Below the pieces are notes generated by a model. It was not told where the DNA came from, made no database searches, and saw only the letters and a program-made list of their open reading frames with translations. Below, one piece after another: positions 1-14,067 of a DNA stretch of 64,000 bases (the first letter of the stretch is position 1; every line of letters starts with the position of its first letter). A program made the translations under genes and the position numbers. Source of the DNA: Macrostomum lignano. Taxonomy: Eukaryota. The stretch is from assembly GCA_002269645.1 (NCBI GenBank), contig NIVC01000273.1, positions 225,165 to 289,164 on the forward strand. Direction: 5' to 3'.

Positions 1-431
1 GGGAGAAAAGTTAGATTTAAAAAGGCTAAAAAACGTCTAGGCCAGGCGGGAATCCCTCCAAATTATACACCGCCAAGCCAAGTATGCTTCGTATCGGACT
101 GCCCCAATTTTCATGTCAGTTCTACCCCGGAGGACTACTCACGCTTTATGGCTGTAGATCCCGAGTCCAACTTATACGTGCCCTGAATTTCATACACCTT
201 AAAGTAATTAAACTAATCAAAACATCGATTCGTATAATCAGCTCTACAACCGTTGGTCTGCTCCACTATCCTGGACTCAAATTTTCGACCCTGAAAAACT
301 TTATCGGGCCTTTTCACACAGCTCGGCTGTATTACGACGCAGAGATATTCCCACAAGCTATCACCCTCCGTAGTACTGTTCCACTCAATAGGACGGTGTG
401 CAATATTTTTCATTCCCTTAAGATCGTTATA

Positions 432-1336
432 ATGGGTGCAAAGACTACTAGCCAGATTTTAGAAATGATCAACATTGTTAAACAATTGTGTCAGGAAGCC
501 GCTCCGAAACCAGAATTTGTTCCGATTCTAGCCAATATGACGAGCCAGTCTCGCATTTTTCTCCTGGAGGGCGTAATCGGTGCCGGGAAGTCGACGTTGC
601 TTCGAAAACTGGCTCTCACCTCCCGCCTCGAGGGTTGGGCTGACAAAGCCGTCTTCGGTCCCGAGCCTGTTCACCAGTACGCGCGATACCCGCTCCTCCC
701 GGACTCGGTAAATCTGCTTCAGTCATTCTATCGAGGCGAGCTTCCGGCCGTCGCATTCCAACAGCACGTCTCCCACGACTTGTTCGACAGAGACAGCAAA
801 GTAAGTGGTACTATAATATCTAGAAATTCCTTTCGTATAGCTCCTACTACATGTACAACCAATGTCGAAAGACAACACGGTATAGGTACTTTTGCCAACC
901 TTTTGTTATCACCCAGGTCCGGAATGAGGTTAACCAACAACCCAACAACAAGGTGGTTATCCTCGACCGCTGCCTCGGGTCGGCTCGAGCATTCCAAGAC
1001 GTACTACACCGTCAAGGCTCGCTGTCTGACGCCGAATGGGTGATTGCTCAGCGCCAACTAGCCGTCCTCGAAGCGACTGAGGTACCCTTTACCGGCGCGA
1101 ACATGACTCTTATTTACCTGCGCATTGACCCGGAGTTGGCCATTCAACGCATCGCCCAGCGCGGACGCAGCGGTGAGGAGACTGGCATCTCCCTGGACTA
1201 TCTACGATCGCTAGACGAGGCGTTTACACGCCACTACCAGGACTACTCGAACGTACACGAAATTCTAATCAGATCGGATACATCTACGACCGATCTAGCC
1301 CATCTTGTTGGCGGCACCATTCGTCGTGAGCTCTGA
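432..1336 (+). CDS. Deoxynucleoside/thymidylate kinase (dNK family), spliced; intron 801-916, or two short introns 801-840 and 880-916
   Basis: P-loop LLEGVIGAGKST, EPV motif, VILDRC, lid region YLRIDPELAIQRIAQRGRSGEETGISLDYL. A GTAAGT donor at 801 and CCCAG acceptor at 916 join the two ORF-track frames in phase 0. Confidence 0.85.
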
Positions 1337-1725
1337 CATGCACTTGATATTAACAACAACGATTTTCTGCTGTAGTAATAAACACCTAAATTCAATCGAG
1401 TCCCTACCAAGTTGAAAAAAACACCACCTACCACTACTACCTGAAGGTAAAATTCCCATGCGTACCCAACGATTTTTTGTTTATCATGATGATCCATTCA
1501 AACTGCTGCAGATCCCTAAAGACACTACCATTGACTAAGTTATACGATCCTATTCTTTCAACCACCATCGACGACCTACTACTTACCAGCCTGCTGTTCA
1601 TTCCTAAATATTCAAATTGTCTACATAATTGTATCTCTGCAAAGTAAAATACAGTTTAAACACGCGGCGGAGGACATTTTCAGACTGTCCCACCAAACTT
1701 AAGGCTGTGCATTCCTTCCTTATTT

Positions 1726-4160
1726 TTGCCACCGAGCAAACTATTTAGGCGATTATCACAACCACCCCATCGCCAACAATCGCCAACAACATTCCAGCCG
1801 CCGTCGACGAAACAAATCAGATGCCCCGTGTGCCGTCAGAGATTCAACAGTCAAGCCGCCCTCCATGGGCACTCGCACAATGGCTCGTGCTATCAACCAG
1901 ACCAACTTTTACTTCGAGAACTAGTGCGTCGGCTTATCGAAGAGGACACTCCACCAGGCTGGTCGGTACAACATACCGAGTCCGCACACCGAGGTCGGGC
2001 GAATTTTCTGACGTTCACGCCACTGCTGGACGAGGAAGATGACGAGACCGAACCACCCAGCGAGTTACTTCCAAAACTGCAAGTTCCACTTTTCCGTCTT
2101 TTTAACTCTCTCGGATCTGCGGACTGTTTACTCCGTACATGTATACATCTTAATGTAAAAATGTATCGTACTCGTTATCCCCCCGCCAATGACACTGCTG
2201 CTGGTGAATCCCCCCACAACGAAGAGGTAGAAGTAATCGCGCCCTTCTTCAATTCCAAAGTCGTTATGGCCTCCTTTGATGCGAATGCTCCAGCCGCCGG
2301 CCGCTGTGTACTTCTTCTCTCTGAGGACGTTTTCAACCAATGGTACAGCGAGGCAACAAACGATCTGGTAGCTAAATTAGACAACTTTCAGTCCCGAGGT
2401 AGCAACTGGAAGTTCCTCACCGTTGTCAAGGTCGACGTTATGCTGTGCATATTCCGCCGAAAATATTTACTACTACAGTCGAGCAGCAGCAGTCGTCGGC
2501 AGCAGCAGCAGGACGTGTGGGGAGCGGGGCGGTGGTGGGGGCGGCGGGCGTGGCGGCGGCGGCGGCGGGCGCACAGGCGGGCGGCGGTCCAACAGAATCC
2601 GCTCCGATCCGTTCCGTTCCATTCCGCGTTCCACTGGCTGTTGGTCGTATGCCGGGAGCGGTTTTGTTTCTACGCCCGCACCGAGCAGATCAGTATGATT
2701 GTTTTATGTATGCTGTCGTGTCGAGCGTCTTTTCCTCACAGGTCGAAGGGCAAGCCCGTAAAAGGCGAAAGGCGTCTTACAGGCCTTGGCTGAAAAGCTT
2801 TCGATTTACGCGCGCCGGAGTGACTCGTCACTCAATTGGGAGCTACAGAAAGTTTTGCCGGCTGAACCCTCGAATTAGACTGATGTGGCCTTTGTGTGGC
2901 CTTTCGTTTGGTTGTCGATCCGGATTTGGATAGTGTAACGAGGGAGGATATGTTGCGCAGATACAATACTCCCTGCAAGTTGTTTTATTCTACGCCTGGT
3001 ACAACAGATTGTATTGGCAGGTTTCTCTTGGCTCTGTGCGAGCTTGCATTCGAAGTAACTAATGCGACTAGCAAGATGACTTATAGACCAATGCTTAGAA
3101 AGTATCTAGGTCAGCGTCCTAGCGCAGATCGATGCTACGTCTGTCTCGCGAGTTTTCCGCTGACGAGTCTCAAGTCTGGGATCATTGTCATTTGAGTGGT
3201 CTTCCACGTGGAATGGCCTGCATGTCGTGCAATCGAAAACTTGCCCTGCAGCGCTATCGAATTATCGTCTACCTGCACAATCTTCGAGGATATGACGGTA
3301 AAATAATTGTTCGTGAGGTGTACAATGTGTTTGGTGGAGAAGACGACGTTCAACTGCACGTTCTGCCCGAGTCGAGGGAACGGTTTAAGACGTTTTCATT
3401 AAAGTTCAAGGTACCGCTGGCTGGCAGTCAACGGCCGCAGCAACAAAAGCAGAACAAGAAGAATTTTGTTTGGTTTGAAATCTGCTTCAAGGACACGTTT
3501 GCGTACTTGTCGACAAGTCTAGCTAGTCTGGCTTACCGTTTGACGCAGGAACAGTTGGTACACTGTCGGGATTTGCTGAATTTTTATCCTAAACTCCAAC
3601 TGTCTACTCTGCAGCAGAAGGGAGTGTTTCCGTATTGTTACTTGGACTCTGAAGAAAAGTTGGACAGTGTGACTGAACTGCCATCGCGAGATTTGTTTTA
3701 CGACGCAATGACCCGGCAAGAGTGTTCTAAGGAGGAGTACACACGCGCTCAGCAGAGTTGGCAAGAGTTTGATTGTGCCAATTTGCGTGACTATCTGACT
3801 GCGTATTTACTGTTGGATGTACTACTGTTATGCGACGTATTTGAGAGTTTTCGTCGGACTGCAATTCGAGAATACGGTTTGGATGTGTGTCATTTTCTCT
3901 GATCGCCAATGTATGGTCTGGTTGCGTGTCTGTTGAAGGTGAAGAAGCCGATCGAGTTGTTTACAGACGCTCGTATGTACTCCGAGGTTGAAGCTTCGAT
4001 TCGAGGTGGGTTCAGTTTCGGCACTCGCCATCTTACTACGGCAAATAATCCATTGGTAGAAGAATGCCGTCGGCAGCTGGATGACGACGACGACGATTTA
4101 AGAGAACTACGGCGGAATGCACCGTATGGCACTCACTTGGCCTACCTTGATGCTACGAGG
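1726..4160 (+). pseudogene. Protein-primed family B DNA polymerase (pPolB), frameshifted and truncated at polymerase motif A
   Basis: N-terminal C2H2 finger (CPVCRQRF...LHGH), CFMYAVV, DHCHLSGLPRGMACMSCN, HNLRGYD, FKDTFAYL, QKGVFPYCYLD, YLLLDVLLLCDVFESFR, SIRGG, AYLDA, spread over several frames. Confidence 0.9.
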
Positions 4161-4289
4161 GGTGTCCCAAAAGTTCCCGGAATGTCTAACGTAGCTCTTC
4201 AACGAAGCCATGATGTTTCACGCCCTTGGTGTCAAATGAAAGGAAGTTTTGTCACGAAGAAAATGAAGTTAAAAGCATGTTGATATCTG

Positions 4290-5505
4290 TTTTTATTCAG
4301 GAGCTGCACATGGGATTACGCGAGGAGGGCCAATTGAGTTCGAGATTGTACCGGCTGGAGATTTGTATGTCGACTTACAAGAAGTATGTCGACTTACAAG
4401 AAGTCTAACTGTTGGAATCCGAGTAGTAGACGAGAGTGGAGGGGCTGTGGATGCTGCGAAAAACTATGTCTGTCTGAATAACATGGTGGTGAGTACGCTG
4501 TTCGAAGACGTGCAATTGCGGATTGGAGATACGGTCGTTGAAGGCGGGAGCTTCATGTATCCGTACAAGGCCATGCTTTTGACGCTTTTGGAGTATGGTC
4601 GGCTGGGACAAGACGGCGGGTTGGCTGCCTGGGGATTTTACAAGGACACTGCTGGAAAAATGAATGCCACCGGCGTCGCGAACGTTGGGCGAGTGAAGCG
4701 ACAGGCACTAATTGCGGGTGGGAGAACTTGTACGGTTTCATGGCCTTTGTTTTTGGATCTATTTCGTCAGCCACGGTATTTGTTGTCAAAGACGCCTTTG
4801 CGGATAAAGTTACTACCGGCAAAGAGCAAATTCGTGTTAAGTGCCGCACAGATTGGAGGCAGTGTTAAAGGATAACGAGGTTGAGATTCAGAGTGCGGAG
4901 CTCCGTTTGCGGTATGTTCAGCCATCTGCCAGTGTGATTGGAGCCCATGCACATGGTTTGAAGACCTATAATGCCTTGTATCCTCATCGCAGTTTATCAT
5001 TGGGTACGTTCACAATACTGCAAGGGTCGTTAAGCCATACGCACGAAAATCTGTTTCCGACGCTGGTGGTAGTCGTTGAAAATACTGCATTTAATGGAAG
5101 TCTGGCGACAAATCCGTTCAATTTCGTGCATGCGAATTTGATCAGCGTTGGAGTTTACGTAAATGGTGAGGCGGTACCGACGCGGCCTAGTCAATTCGAC
5201 TTCACAGGGGATTGTGCAAAGGAGTATACAACTCTGCGTCAACAACTGGGTTTGTATTTCCAAGGACGGGATTTGGGGTTCTCGATGGCGGACTACAACG
5301 GAGGGTATACGATACTCGCGTATTCGTTAGGATCTGACGGGGGAGTTGCGCCGGCGGTACAATTGTATAAGGAAAAGAATGTCCGACTGGAGATGCGTTT
5401 TGGAACGGCTACAGCGGAGGTCTATGACGTTATTTTCGGTGGTGTTTTCGACAAGCAGCTACAGATTACCGAACTGTGGGACGTTGTCCCAGAAACCGCT
5501 TGGAA

Positions 5506-5509
<4 letters not shown>
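4290..5509 (+). pseudogene. Polinton double-jelly-roll major capsid protein, frameshifted near 4870
   Basis: GPIEFEIVPAGDLYVDL, STLFEDVQLRIG, YPYKAMLLTLLEYG, FYKDTAGKM, NTAFNGSLATNPFNF, YNGGYTILAYSL, NVRLEMRFG; 19-nt tandem duplication at about 4367-4404. Confidence 0.9.
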
Positions 5510-7498
<1,989 letters not shown>

Positions 7499-7859
7499 TT
7501 TGCTTACTCGTTTTTAATGCGTTGGACTTGCGGCGAATTCAGTTAAATATACTTTGCAGAAATAAATGGCCAAGGCTAAGGAAGAATTGGATTTTGCATT
7601 CAATATTTCTTTTAGAAGAGCGCTAGTGTTGGTTCGTGTGTCGTATAAGATAAGAAAGGTGAGATTTGTACCTTATCAAACGCCGGCTTGGGCGAGTTGC
7701 GTTTCGCTCGTTAGCTCGAACTGACGGAGGAGTATTACAGTCCGAGTGTAGGTGGGTGCGTGTAATTTACTAATACTACTAACAAGCGCTGTTAAATACT
7801 GAGAAAATACTCAGAGAATGTAACATTTTACTCCGCTGTGCTCTTTATATTGAAAAAAC

Positions 7860-8204
7860 ATGCCTTCAAAGGGTGAGCTCGTCCTTCGCTACAAGGAGTC
7901 AACGGCGAAAGTTAACCACTTTTACGACGAAATCACTGCTGTTTGGCCTGAAACTGTATTGAAAGACTTAGATGTCAACATGATTTTGAAGTCGATACCT
8001 ATAGACTACAAGTTGACAAAGGAACGGGACCTTGTTGATCTTCTAGACAAGTTGAACGCTGCAAGAAGAAGCCAGGAAGCCGCGGCTGCTGCAACTACGC
8101 AACAGGGGATCAAAGCCAATCGAAAAAGAAAATTGGAGGAGAAGAAGAGCAAAATATTTTCTAGCGTGGGTACCCGCACGCCAACGAGTCAAGAGTTGCT
8201 TTAA
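7860..8204 (+). CDS. Hypothetical 114-aa protein with a basic NLS-like segment (KANRKRKLEEKK)
   Basis: Uninterrupted ATG ORF with an A-rich start context; no family recognised. Confidence 0.5.
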   Translation: MPSKGELVLRYKESTAKVNHFYDEITAVWPETVLKDLDVNMILKSIPIDYKLTKERDLVDLLDKLNAARRSQEAAAAATTQQGIKANRKRKLEEKKSKIFSSVGTRTPTSQELL

Positions 8205-8351
8205 CTAATATTATCATCTTTTGTTAATGTTCTTCATATTATTGTCTGTCCGCTATATGAGAATTTTTTCGGATCGATGGAGCAATCTTATCATCATAAA
8301 TATATCAGTGAAGATAGGTAAAATTAGTGAATTGTGACTTGTGAGAAAAAA

Positions 8352-8895
8352 TCACAATTGCTTAATGATTTCTGCAAAGTTATAGTAGCTGTCGCAATTT
8401 TTTACGTAGGTTACTCCATACTTAAGAAACCAGTGTCTTTGGAGAGCTAGATTAATATTAGGGACATTTATTGTCTGGTCTGGCCAATATTTTTTCATGT
8501 ACTCACTGCATTCTAGTTTGTATCGGTACTTACTCTTGTAATTAGGCTCGTGCCTTTTGTAAAAAGAACCTGGAGAGACGAATGGAAGCATTTTTAATTC
8601 AGAATTAAATTTTTTCAAAGGGTAAGGACCCTGCGCCGAGGATCTGGTTTCGCATTGCGAATTGAATGTGGGGAGAAGAATGCAGATTATTTTCTGATTG
8701 TTTCGAAGATGCTATGGGTGGATGTCGGTGGATTATGTCAGTGTCAGGGATAATATGGTTGGATTTAGGTGGATTATGTTCGAAGTTTTCGGAGCAAGTG
8801 CGTCCCCCTTTTTTTCTGATTCTGTCGGGGATAATATGGATGGATTTATTGGGATTATGGAGGACGTAAAAAAATTGTCCCAAAAGTCCCCTCAT
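8352..8895 (-). pseudogene. 'KYWPD' accessory family, copy 1
   Basis: HEPNYKSKY.YKLECSEYM.KYWPD..INVPNINLALQRHWF shared by four copies; upstream ~76-bp repeats read as IHIIPD units on the same strand. Confidence 0.6.
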
Positions 8896-10979
8896 GCATT
8901 CTACTTATGGGGATCAATACAAAACATTATAACCAACATTAAACAAGTGCTTAGTGATTGGCGACACCTTCAAATTGCGTGTTGAAGAAATTTCCAAGCA
9001 TTTTTCAATACTTAGACACAAATAGACAATACTCACTCAATACGAGAGTGGATTTTCGACCATCTCGTTCGCTCACCCAACCTACTATTGTTGTATGGTA
9101 GCAAAAAAGCAAACAGAACTACCTCCAAGCCCCTCGTCTTAGTACCACAAAGAGAAAAAGAAGCATTAAAAATGGACGCAGCGAAAAAACGTGCTCAAGT
9201 TGAGTTGAGTTAGCATTCTATTGTGCTCAACCTAAAGCTAAAAGCAAACAGTACGTCGCATAGCACTACTTCAAAAAAATCATTCCCACGGTGCCAGAAT
9301 GAGAATTTTTTTACCTATTCATTAAGATTTCTATAGAGCCCAGTATGCCACATTCCATTCTGACCAAACGTGCGACCAAAAAGCTCAACCAAAAAGCTCA
9401 ACAAAAAAGCTCAACCAAAAAAGTTTTGGATTTGGCAACCAATAGGAGCAGGCTCACACAAAAAACTATAAAACCTCCAACAATAAGACACAGAAAGCAA
9501 AAACTCTGTCGCTTTTTATTGCGCTTTTCTCTCAAGAGATCTCTCAACAATGCCTACCACTTCCGAGTTAAGAAGACGGTACCGTGAAGCAACAACTAAG
9601 CTCAATTCTATTACGCAAAAGACAACTATATCCATCGACGGTTTTTCAATCTTCAATTAGCAAGTTGGAGAGTCTCGACGTCTACTATGGATTCGTCGCA
9701 GAAGAACGCTTCCTGGCTTTGCTTAAGCAGTATCTTACCTCAAAAAAGTCAGTCATGACAACACAATTAGCATTTGAAGCCAAGACGATCGAGCACCTTA
9801 GCCTAGTTGACCTCACAACAGCAGAAGAAACCTACAAAGAACCACCACCATATCGACCTAGAACAGTGAGAACTCCAAATCTCGACTCGGCACAAAACGA
9901 ACCACAAGTCTCCGACCAGGTGCACCCTATTGAGTCCGATTATTGATTCACTCAACAAATTACACGAGAATTTTCGATTACATTAAGTTAGAAATTTAAG
10001 ATCTCTTTGAATAAAAGAAAGCTTCAATTGTGCTTAAGATGAGTCAGCCTTGTTTTGTGCTTGACACTCTCGTTATTCCAGTCTTACTCATTTTTTATAC
10101 CCCATAAAAATAGAAGCTGAAGATTAATATAACAAAGCAACAATATGACAGACTTTGGGTATAGAAATGAAAATGAATACGCACAAGGAAAAGGATTTGC
10201 ATTTTTTTCTAGGCTCAGTAGGAAATATATCTTTTCAGAAAGATCCACATTATTTTTTACTAAATTGCCTACTCTGCCAAAGAACAACTCTGAGTCATAA
10301 TGTAAGGAAAGAGGTCTTGCAGGTTTCAAACAATTAAAAAAATAGTTTGTGACTTAAAAATGAAAACTACATGGCTAAACTTTTCTTAGAAAAATTGAAG
10401 ATAATAACCCAAATGTACGAAATGCTCTACCACAAAAAGAATATGATTCTATTATATCATTTCTCAAATCAAAATCCATACTCGAAAGTTTCGACTAATT
10501 GCAGCAATTGATAAAGCTTACGGTGAATATAGAGCAGAAATATTATAACACACTGATTGTAAATTCCCCCCCATATTTGTATTCATTCAGAGTATTTCTT
10601 GCACATGTTGATAAATTGGCATTGATTTCGAGACAGCACATAAGGAATGATGAATTTTTCTTCATGCTGAAATTGAACAATTTGAAAAATTTCAAACTCC
10701 CCATAACCTTGACAAGTACATTGAAACCGATAAATTATATTGTTAATTTTATTTTTAATAAAATGGAAAGAAAAAATAAAAACGATTCAAATGTCTCTCC
10801 TGTGATCATACAGGATCCGTTTCAAAACCATGATGCACCACCACCACCAAGATTGACAAATTTAAAACACAAAATCGTACGATAAACTAATTAATCTCTA
10901 TGGAGAACTTAATTTTAGATTCGGAAGTTGCAGTATAGCATGGAATAGTAAAACAAAGAAAAAAAATACCATCAAGAAT

Positions 10980-11460
10980 GCCAACCACAGAAGTAGAATG
11001 CATGAGCACTTGTTCCGAAAACTTCGAATATACATGTAATCTTCCTAAATACATCCATATTATCCCTGAATCAGAAAAAAAGGGGTCACACTTGCTCCGA
11101 AAGCTTCGCACAAAATCCTCCTAAATCTATTCATATTAGCATAACAGTGTCCTACATAATCCACTGACATCCACTCATAGCATCTTCGAAACAATCAGAA
11201 ATAATATGCATTCTTCTCCCCACATTCAATTCGCGAAACCAGATTCCTAATACTTTAAATCCTCAGCGCAGGTTCTTATTACATAGCGCACGAGCCTAAT
11301 TACAAGAGTAAATACCATTGCAAACTTGAATGCAGTGAGTACATGACAAAATATTGGCCCGACGTTGATATCAATGTCCCTAATATTTATCTAGCTCTCC
11401 AAAGACACTGGTTTCTTAAGTATGGAGTAGTTACTATAACTTTGCAGAAATCATTAGGCA
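10980..11460 (+). pseudogene. 'KYWPD' family, copy 2 (inverted relative to copy 3)
   Basis: High nucleotide identity to the reverse complement of 12695-13110. Confidence 0.6.
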
Positions 11461-11897
11461 ATTGTAGAATGTCATTACAATACGCTTTAAGACTTTTAGA
11501 CTGCATTAATAGATATTTTTACGCATAGTATGTTGCTGTGTGGCGGGTGGGTGATGAGCGGAATGGGTGGCAGCTGTTTCTTGTTATAGCGCGAGCGGCG
11601 TTGGTAGCAACTCCCAGTTGGCACTTATTGGTTGCATTAATTTGACGAACGTTCGTAAAAATCATGTGCAGCATAGAAAAAAAGCTTGCCCAGCTCAAGG
11701 ATCCCTTAACTAGCTCAAAGGATCCCTTGCCTAGCTTCAGAAACGCCCATTTAGTTCCTTGTTTAAACCCCCAGCCTTCTCAACCCCCAGCTCTTTCAGC
11801 AGTCTTCCTAGTTCTTAACTTGGCTCATGCAATTCAAAACCCGCCTTTTTCTCAGGGAACCCCAATCATCCATTAATATAAAATCTGCGGTTTTCCC

Positions 11898-11977
11898 TTC
11901 TAGAATTCGAATTCTAGAATATTCTAGAATAAAAAGAGAATCCATGGATTCCCGAGCCCACACCAATGGTATATAAA
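11898..11977 (+). promoter_or_regulatory. Heat-shock element array plus CCAAT and TATA box
   Basis: Perfect four-unit HSE TTCtaGAAtaTTCtaGAA at 11912-11929, an extra TTCtaGAA at 11898, CCAAT at 11963, TATATAAA at 11970, ATG at 12091. Confidence 0.7.
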
Positions 11978-12090
11978 CAGCCGATTCACACCGCCCCTCG
12001 CCTCACCCTACCTGCTCCGCCTCGCCCCGCCTCACCTCGCCGCGCCAGCAACTTCTTATTTTTTGACTTGCTTAATCTCCGGATCTTGCC

Positions 12091-12691
12091 ATGGATGTTG
12101 AAATGCGAGCAGGCGACAACGTTTACATCGAAAATCTGGAGAACTTCATCAAGGCAGTTTTTTCTAGTAAAGATCTTGACAATTGGAATGTTTGGTTCGA
12201 TAAATATAATGCAATTGCTCGGACACCCATCGCGAAGCAGACTATCATCGGTCGACTAGCAAAAAACTGCCGGCAAGCAATCACAAATCAGCAAGGCTCT
12301 GGACGAGTTGCGCATGGCCTACAAGGCCAACGGTGAGCCTGCGCCAGGGCATTCTCTAGAAGAATTTAAGCAGGGAGCATTCACGATCGACGCGGTGCTT
12401 ATACAGATTGCTAACCTCAATAAACTAGTTGAACGGCATGGTAAGCATGGCTTTGCAAACGGCCTACAGCTCGGCAGGATCTTTCTGAGAATGGAGCGGG
12501 TTCTCAGTAAGGAACAGTTCAACGAGCTGAAAAGACGTGCACCGTTCACCAGCCAGTGGACCTACTTTCTGATGAAATTGGCTGACCAGGCTGGGAAATA
12601 CCCGGTGCTACGAAGATCTGCAATGTTACTGCACAAGCTGAAGTCGATGATGGCATACTTGCCAGAGGCCCTGGCGAAGCTGCAACAGTAA
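12091..12691 (+). CDS. About 200-aa helical 'YP-L' family protein (one frameshift in an A-run near 12285)
   Basis: Two overlapping ORFs join through a 1-nt indel; motif GxQxGRIFL...FLMKL...KYPxL...SxxLxxL...M is shared with 32632-33024. Confidence 0.6.
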
Positions 12692-13190
12692 GTGGACTTT
12701 GGAGAGATAGATTAATATTAGGGACATTGATATCAACGTCGGGCCAATATTTTCTCATGTACTCACTGCATTCAAGTTTGCAATGGTACTTACTCTTGTA
12801 ATTAGGCTCGTGCGCTATGTAATAAGAACCTGGAGAGACGATTGGAAACATTTTTAGAGAAAATTTATATTTTTTTCGGAGCGCCCTGCGCTGAGGATTT
12901 AAAGTATTAGAAAATCTGGTTTCGCGAATTGAATGTGGGGAGAAGAATGCAGATTATTTCTGATTGTTTCAAAGATGCTATGAGTGGATGTCAGTGGATT
13001 ATTTAGGACACTGTTATGCTAATATGAATAGATTTAGGAGGATTTTGTGCGAAGCTTTCGGAGCAAGTGTGACCCCCTTTTTTCTGATTCTGTCGGGGAT
13101 AATATGGATGGATTTAATGGAACTATGTTCGAAGTTTTCGGAGCAAGTGTGACCCCCTTTTTCTGATTCTGTCGGGGATAATATGGATGG
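12690..13190 (-). pseudogene. 'KYWPD' family, copy 3, with ~76-bp repeats
   Basis: ORF-track 12546..12851 and 13034..13279; homology to copies 1, 2 and 4. Confidence 0.6.
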
Positions 13191-13193
13191 ATT

Positions 13194-13488
13194 GTAGTTT
13201 GTAAAATTACCGGACTATATCTGAGAGCCCTTTTTAAATCGACATTTAGACGTCTATTGGGGGAGTCTGGAGGGGGCACTAAAAAACACTAAAAAAACAC
13301 CATTTAACCAATTTAATCAACCCAAAATCAGCAAAATTACCACAATACACAAATCACCAAAACCAACTTTTAAAAAACACAAGACAATCAGATTCTTACC
13401 AACTAAACCCCCAGACTTCCCCACTAGACGTCTAAATGTCGATATTAACCACAACTCCAACTCTAGTCCGGTAATTTTACATACTACT
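13194..13488. mobile_element. About 300-bp inverted-repeat remnant with a Polinton-type terminus (second TIR family)
   Basis: Left GTAGTTTGTAAAATTACCGGACTA...TCGACATTTAGACGTCTA is inverted against the right end, whose reverse complement starts AGTAGTATGTAAAATTACCGGACTAG; no TSD found. Confidence 0.55.
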
Positions 13489-14067
13489 ACCTAACCAACA
13501 CATCTAACAACTACAGCACATCTAACATTCCAACACATCTAACACTTCCAACACAACCAACAGATAGAAAAACTTACTTACCCCCGCCCGTGCCGCAGGC
13601 ACGCGGACGAAGTCCGACCGCCCCGAAGGGGCTTGGGGTAGACAAGAGCTTTTTTTAAACTGATTCATAGGAAAGTAACGCTTAACAAAAAGTTACTCTC
13701 ATAGTCACTATTGTTCATTTTTTCACAGAGAAAGGAAGCAACACAACTAGCTCAAACTGACTCACGCGCAGGGGGTGCAGAAAAAAGCTACCCGCGTGAT
13801 TCAGAACTATAGTTAGTTGAGAAGCTGAGCACCACACACTACACACTTGTTGAGACGTGTTTTTTCAATAAAAGCAGACTGTCTCAGTGTAGTCTGTAGT
13901 TCAAGAAGTACGAGTAATTTGTAGTTTCCGCTAGCTTGCAAAATCTTGCTGCAGCAGGAATTGAACGCCCACTCTGTCCCCAACTCTATAAAAACCACAG
14001 TAATCAACCCCGTTCTAGCTTATCTCTTAGAAAAAACGATTGAGCTTTTATTAAACATTATCTAAAA

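Noticed and set aside
84-431. N-terminal extension of the kinase ORF from 84
   Set aside because: No kinase-like content; ATG 432 has a better context and lies closer to the P-loop
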